Assembly: GCA_963726455.1 (NCBI GenBank)
Contig: CAVSCK010000004.1
Location: 1,760,001 to 1,824,000, forward strand
Source: an uncultured bacterium
GTDB lineage: Bacteria; Zixibacteria; MSB-5A5; CAIYYT01
Reading direction: 5' to 3'
Length of the DNA stretch: 64,000 nt
In this document: positions 62,722 to 64,000 of the stretch, one piece after another
Layout: the number at the start of each line of letters is the position of its first letter
Position numbering within the stretch: position 1 is the stretch's first letter
Program-made: the position numbers and the translations under genes
The notes under the pieces: model-generated
What the model saw: the letters and a program-made list of their open reading frames with translations, nothing else
Databases searched by the model: none
What the model was told of the DNA's origin: nothing

Positions 62722-63867
62722 ATGAACAAGACCGTGCGCCGGACCGTCGGCCTCATGTCCGGCACTTCGGCGGACGGACTCGATGTGGCAATCTGCGAGG
62801 TTGATATCGAACGTCACTCCCTGCGCAATCTGCACTCGCAAACATTTCCTTACTCTGACATTCTGCGAAGCCGATTGCTGGAAATCGCCCGGCTGGGCCA
62901 TGCTGATTTGCACGAGCTTATCCTGCTGTCGAATCATCTGGGTCAGTTCTACGCGCGCTGCATAGAAGAGGCCTGCATCACCGAAGGTATCCCTCTTACC
63001 TCGATTGACCTTGTCGGTTCGCACGGTCAAACAGTTGCCCATCTGTCGCAACCGGAAGAGCTATTCGGCAAATTGTATCGGGGCACTCTGCAAATCGGCG
63101 AAGCCGAAGTCCTGGCTAAAACACTGGGAACCGCAACAGTATCAGATTTTCGCCCGGCTGACGTGGCGGTCGCGGGCTCAGGAGCGCCGCTGGTGCCGAT
63201 CTATCATCAATCTCGTTTCGCCAAACCGAATTCGCTGCTTGTGATCGTGAACATCGGAGGGATTGCCAACATCACCGTTCTTGACGGAGATTCGCGAATC
63301 TACGGAACCGATACGGGTCCCGGAAACTGTCTCATTGATAGTTGCGTGCGTCTGTTCTTCGACAAGCCATACGACGACAAGGGACAGATCGCGTTGTCAG
63401 GAAAAGTCGACTGCGAATTGCTGTCAGCATTGTCCACAGATGAGCTTTTCGCCCGCGCTCTTCCGTTATCGTATGACCGCAAGGAGATGCTCGAGTTGGG
63501 AAACCGCCATCACTTATATGGCGCCGCCGGGAAACTCGGCAAAGAAAGTGTGATAGCCACAGTAACACATCTGACCGTAGCGACTATCGGCAAGGCAATT
63601 TCGACCATCGTCGATCGTTGCGCTCCGGACAAACTTCTGGTCTGTGGAGGTGGAGTGTACAACGAATACATCATGTCGGCTTTGCGAAAGACAGTCGGCA
63701 ACAATTCCGTTTCGTCAACTGCGGAATATGGCTCCAATCCCGAATTTGTCGAGGCGGAAGCTTTCGCCTACCTCGCCAATCTCGCACTCAACGGGGAAAC
63801 CGGCAATGTTCCCGCAGCAACCGGTGCATCACGTAAAGCAGTGTTAGGAAAAATCTCGCAACCATGA
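62722..63867 (+). CDS. anmK: Anhydro-N-acetylmuramic acid kinase
   Basis: GLMSGTSADG, GSHGQT, DFR..D...G.GAPLVP, NIGGIAN, DTGPGN, CGGG, EAEAFA. Confidence 0.94.
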   Translation: MNKTVRRTVGLMSGTSADGLDVAICEVDIERHSLRNLHSQTFPYSDILRSRLLEIARLGHADLHELILLSNHLGQFYARCIEEACITEGIPLTSIDLVGSHGQTVAHLSQPEELFGKLYRGTLQIGEAEVLAKTLGTATVSDFRPADVAVAGSGAPLVPIYHQSRFAKPNSLLVIVNIGGIANITVLDGDSRIYGTDTGPGNCLIDSCVRLFFDKPYDDKGQIALSGKVDCELLSALSTDELFARALPLSYDRKEMLELGNRHHLYGAAGKLGKESVIATVTHLTVATIGKAISTIVDRCAPDKLLVCGGGVYNEYIMSALRKTVGNNSVSSTAEYGSNPEFVEAEAFAYLANLALNGETGNVPAATGASRKAVLGKISQP

Positions 63868-64000
63868 AGCGCACTCTCGCACTCACAACCATCGCAGCCC
63901 TGCTCCTCGTGTGTGGCTGCGCTCACCTGGAATATGCGCTTCGACAACAGGGATTGGAAGGACTCAAGCGCCCCTGGATGCGCGTCCGCGTCATGCAGGG
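63864..64000 (+). CDS. Lipoprotein, 5' part only (runs off window)
   Basis: MKRTLALTTIAALLLVCGC lipobox; ATGA overlap with anmK. Confidence 0.7.
   Translation, partial: MKRTLALTTIAALLLVCGCAHLEYALRQQGLEGLKRPWMRVRVMQ

Overview
Bacterial chromosomal window, mostly metabolic genes, from a diderm organism rich in multiheme cytochromes; taxonomy cannot be fixed from the sequence alone. From left to right: a partial RND adaptor gene; a DHFR/RibD-C gene bracketed by a 48-bp imperfect direct repeat; a 12-gene aromatic amino-acid supra-operon (trpEGDCFBA-aroH-aroF-tyrA-aroA-ilvE-like) behind an unannotated YYWWYSF leader-peptide attenuator; a glucoamylase plus pentose-phosphate cluster (zwf frameshifted); a secreted M16 peptidase pair; qNor; a selenocysteine-containing SelD with a candidate SECIS; an extended AmmeMemoRadiSam cluster whose core proteins carry export signals; a split RsmF-like methyltransferase and trmB; TetR plus two CbcL-like 17- and 11-heme c/b cytochromes; tRNA-Ser(GCT); two lipoproteins; a 5'-truncated tad operon joined head-to-head to an orphan secretin 3' fragment; two unannotated 36-aa proteins; a very divergent flagellin-like gene with a divergent partner; and a GGDEF-nagZ-anmK operon. 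The best candidates for undescribed biology are the apparently extracytoplasmic AmmeMemoRadiSam/DUF362/polyferredoxin system and the multi-aromatic attenuator. No CRISPR array, rRNA, transposase or integrase was seen. Family calls rest on motif recognition, not database searches.
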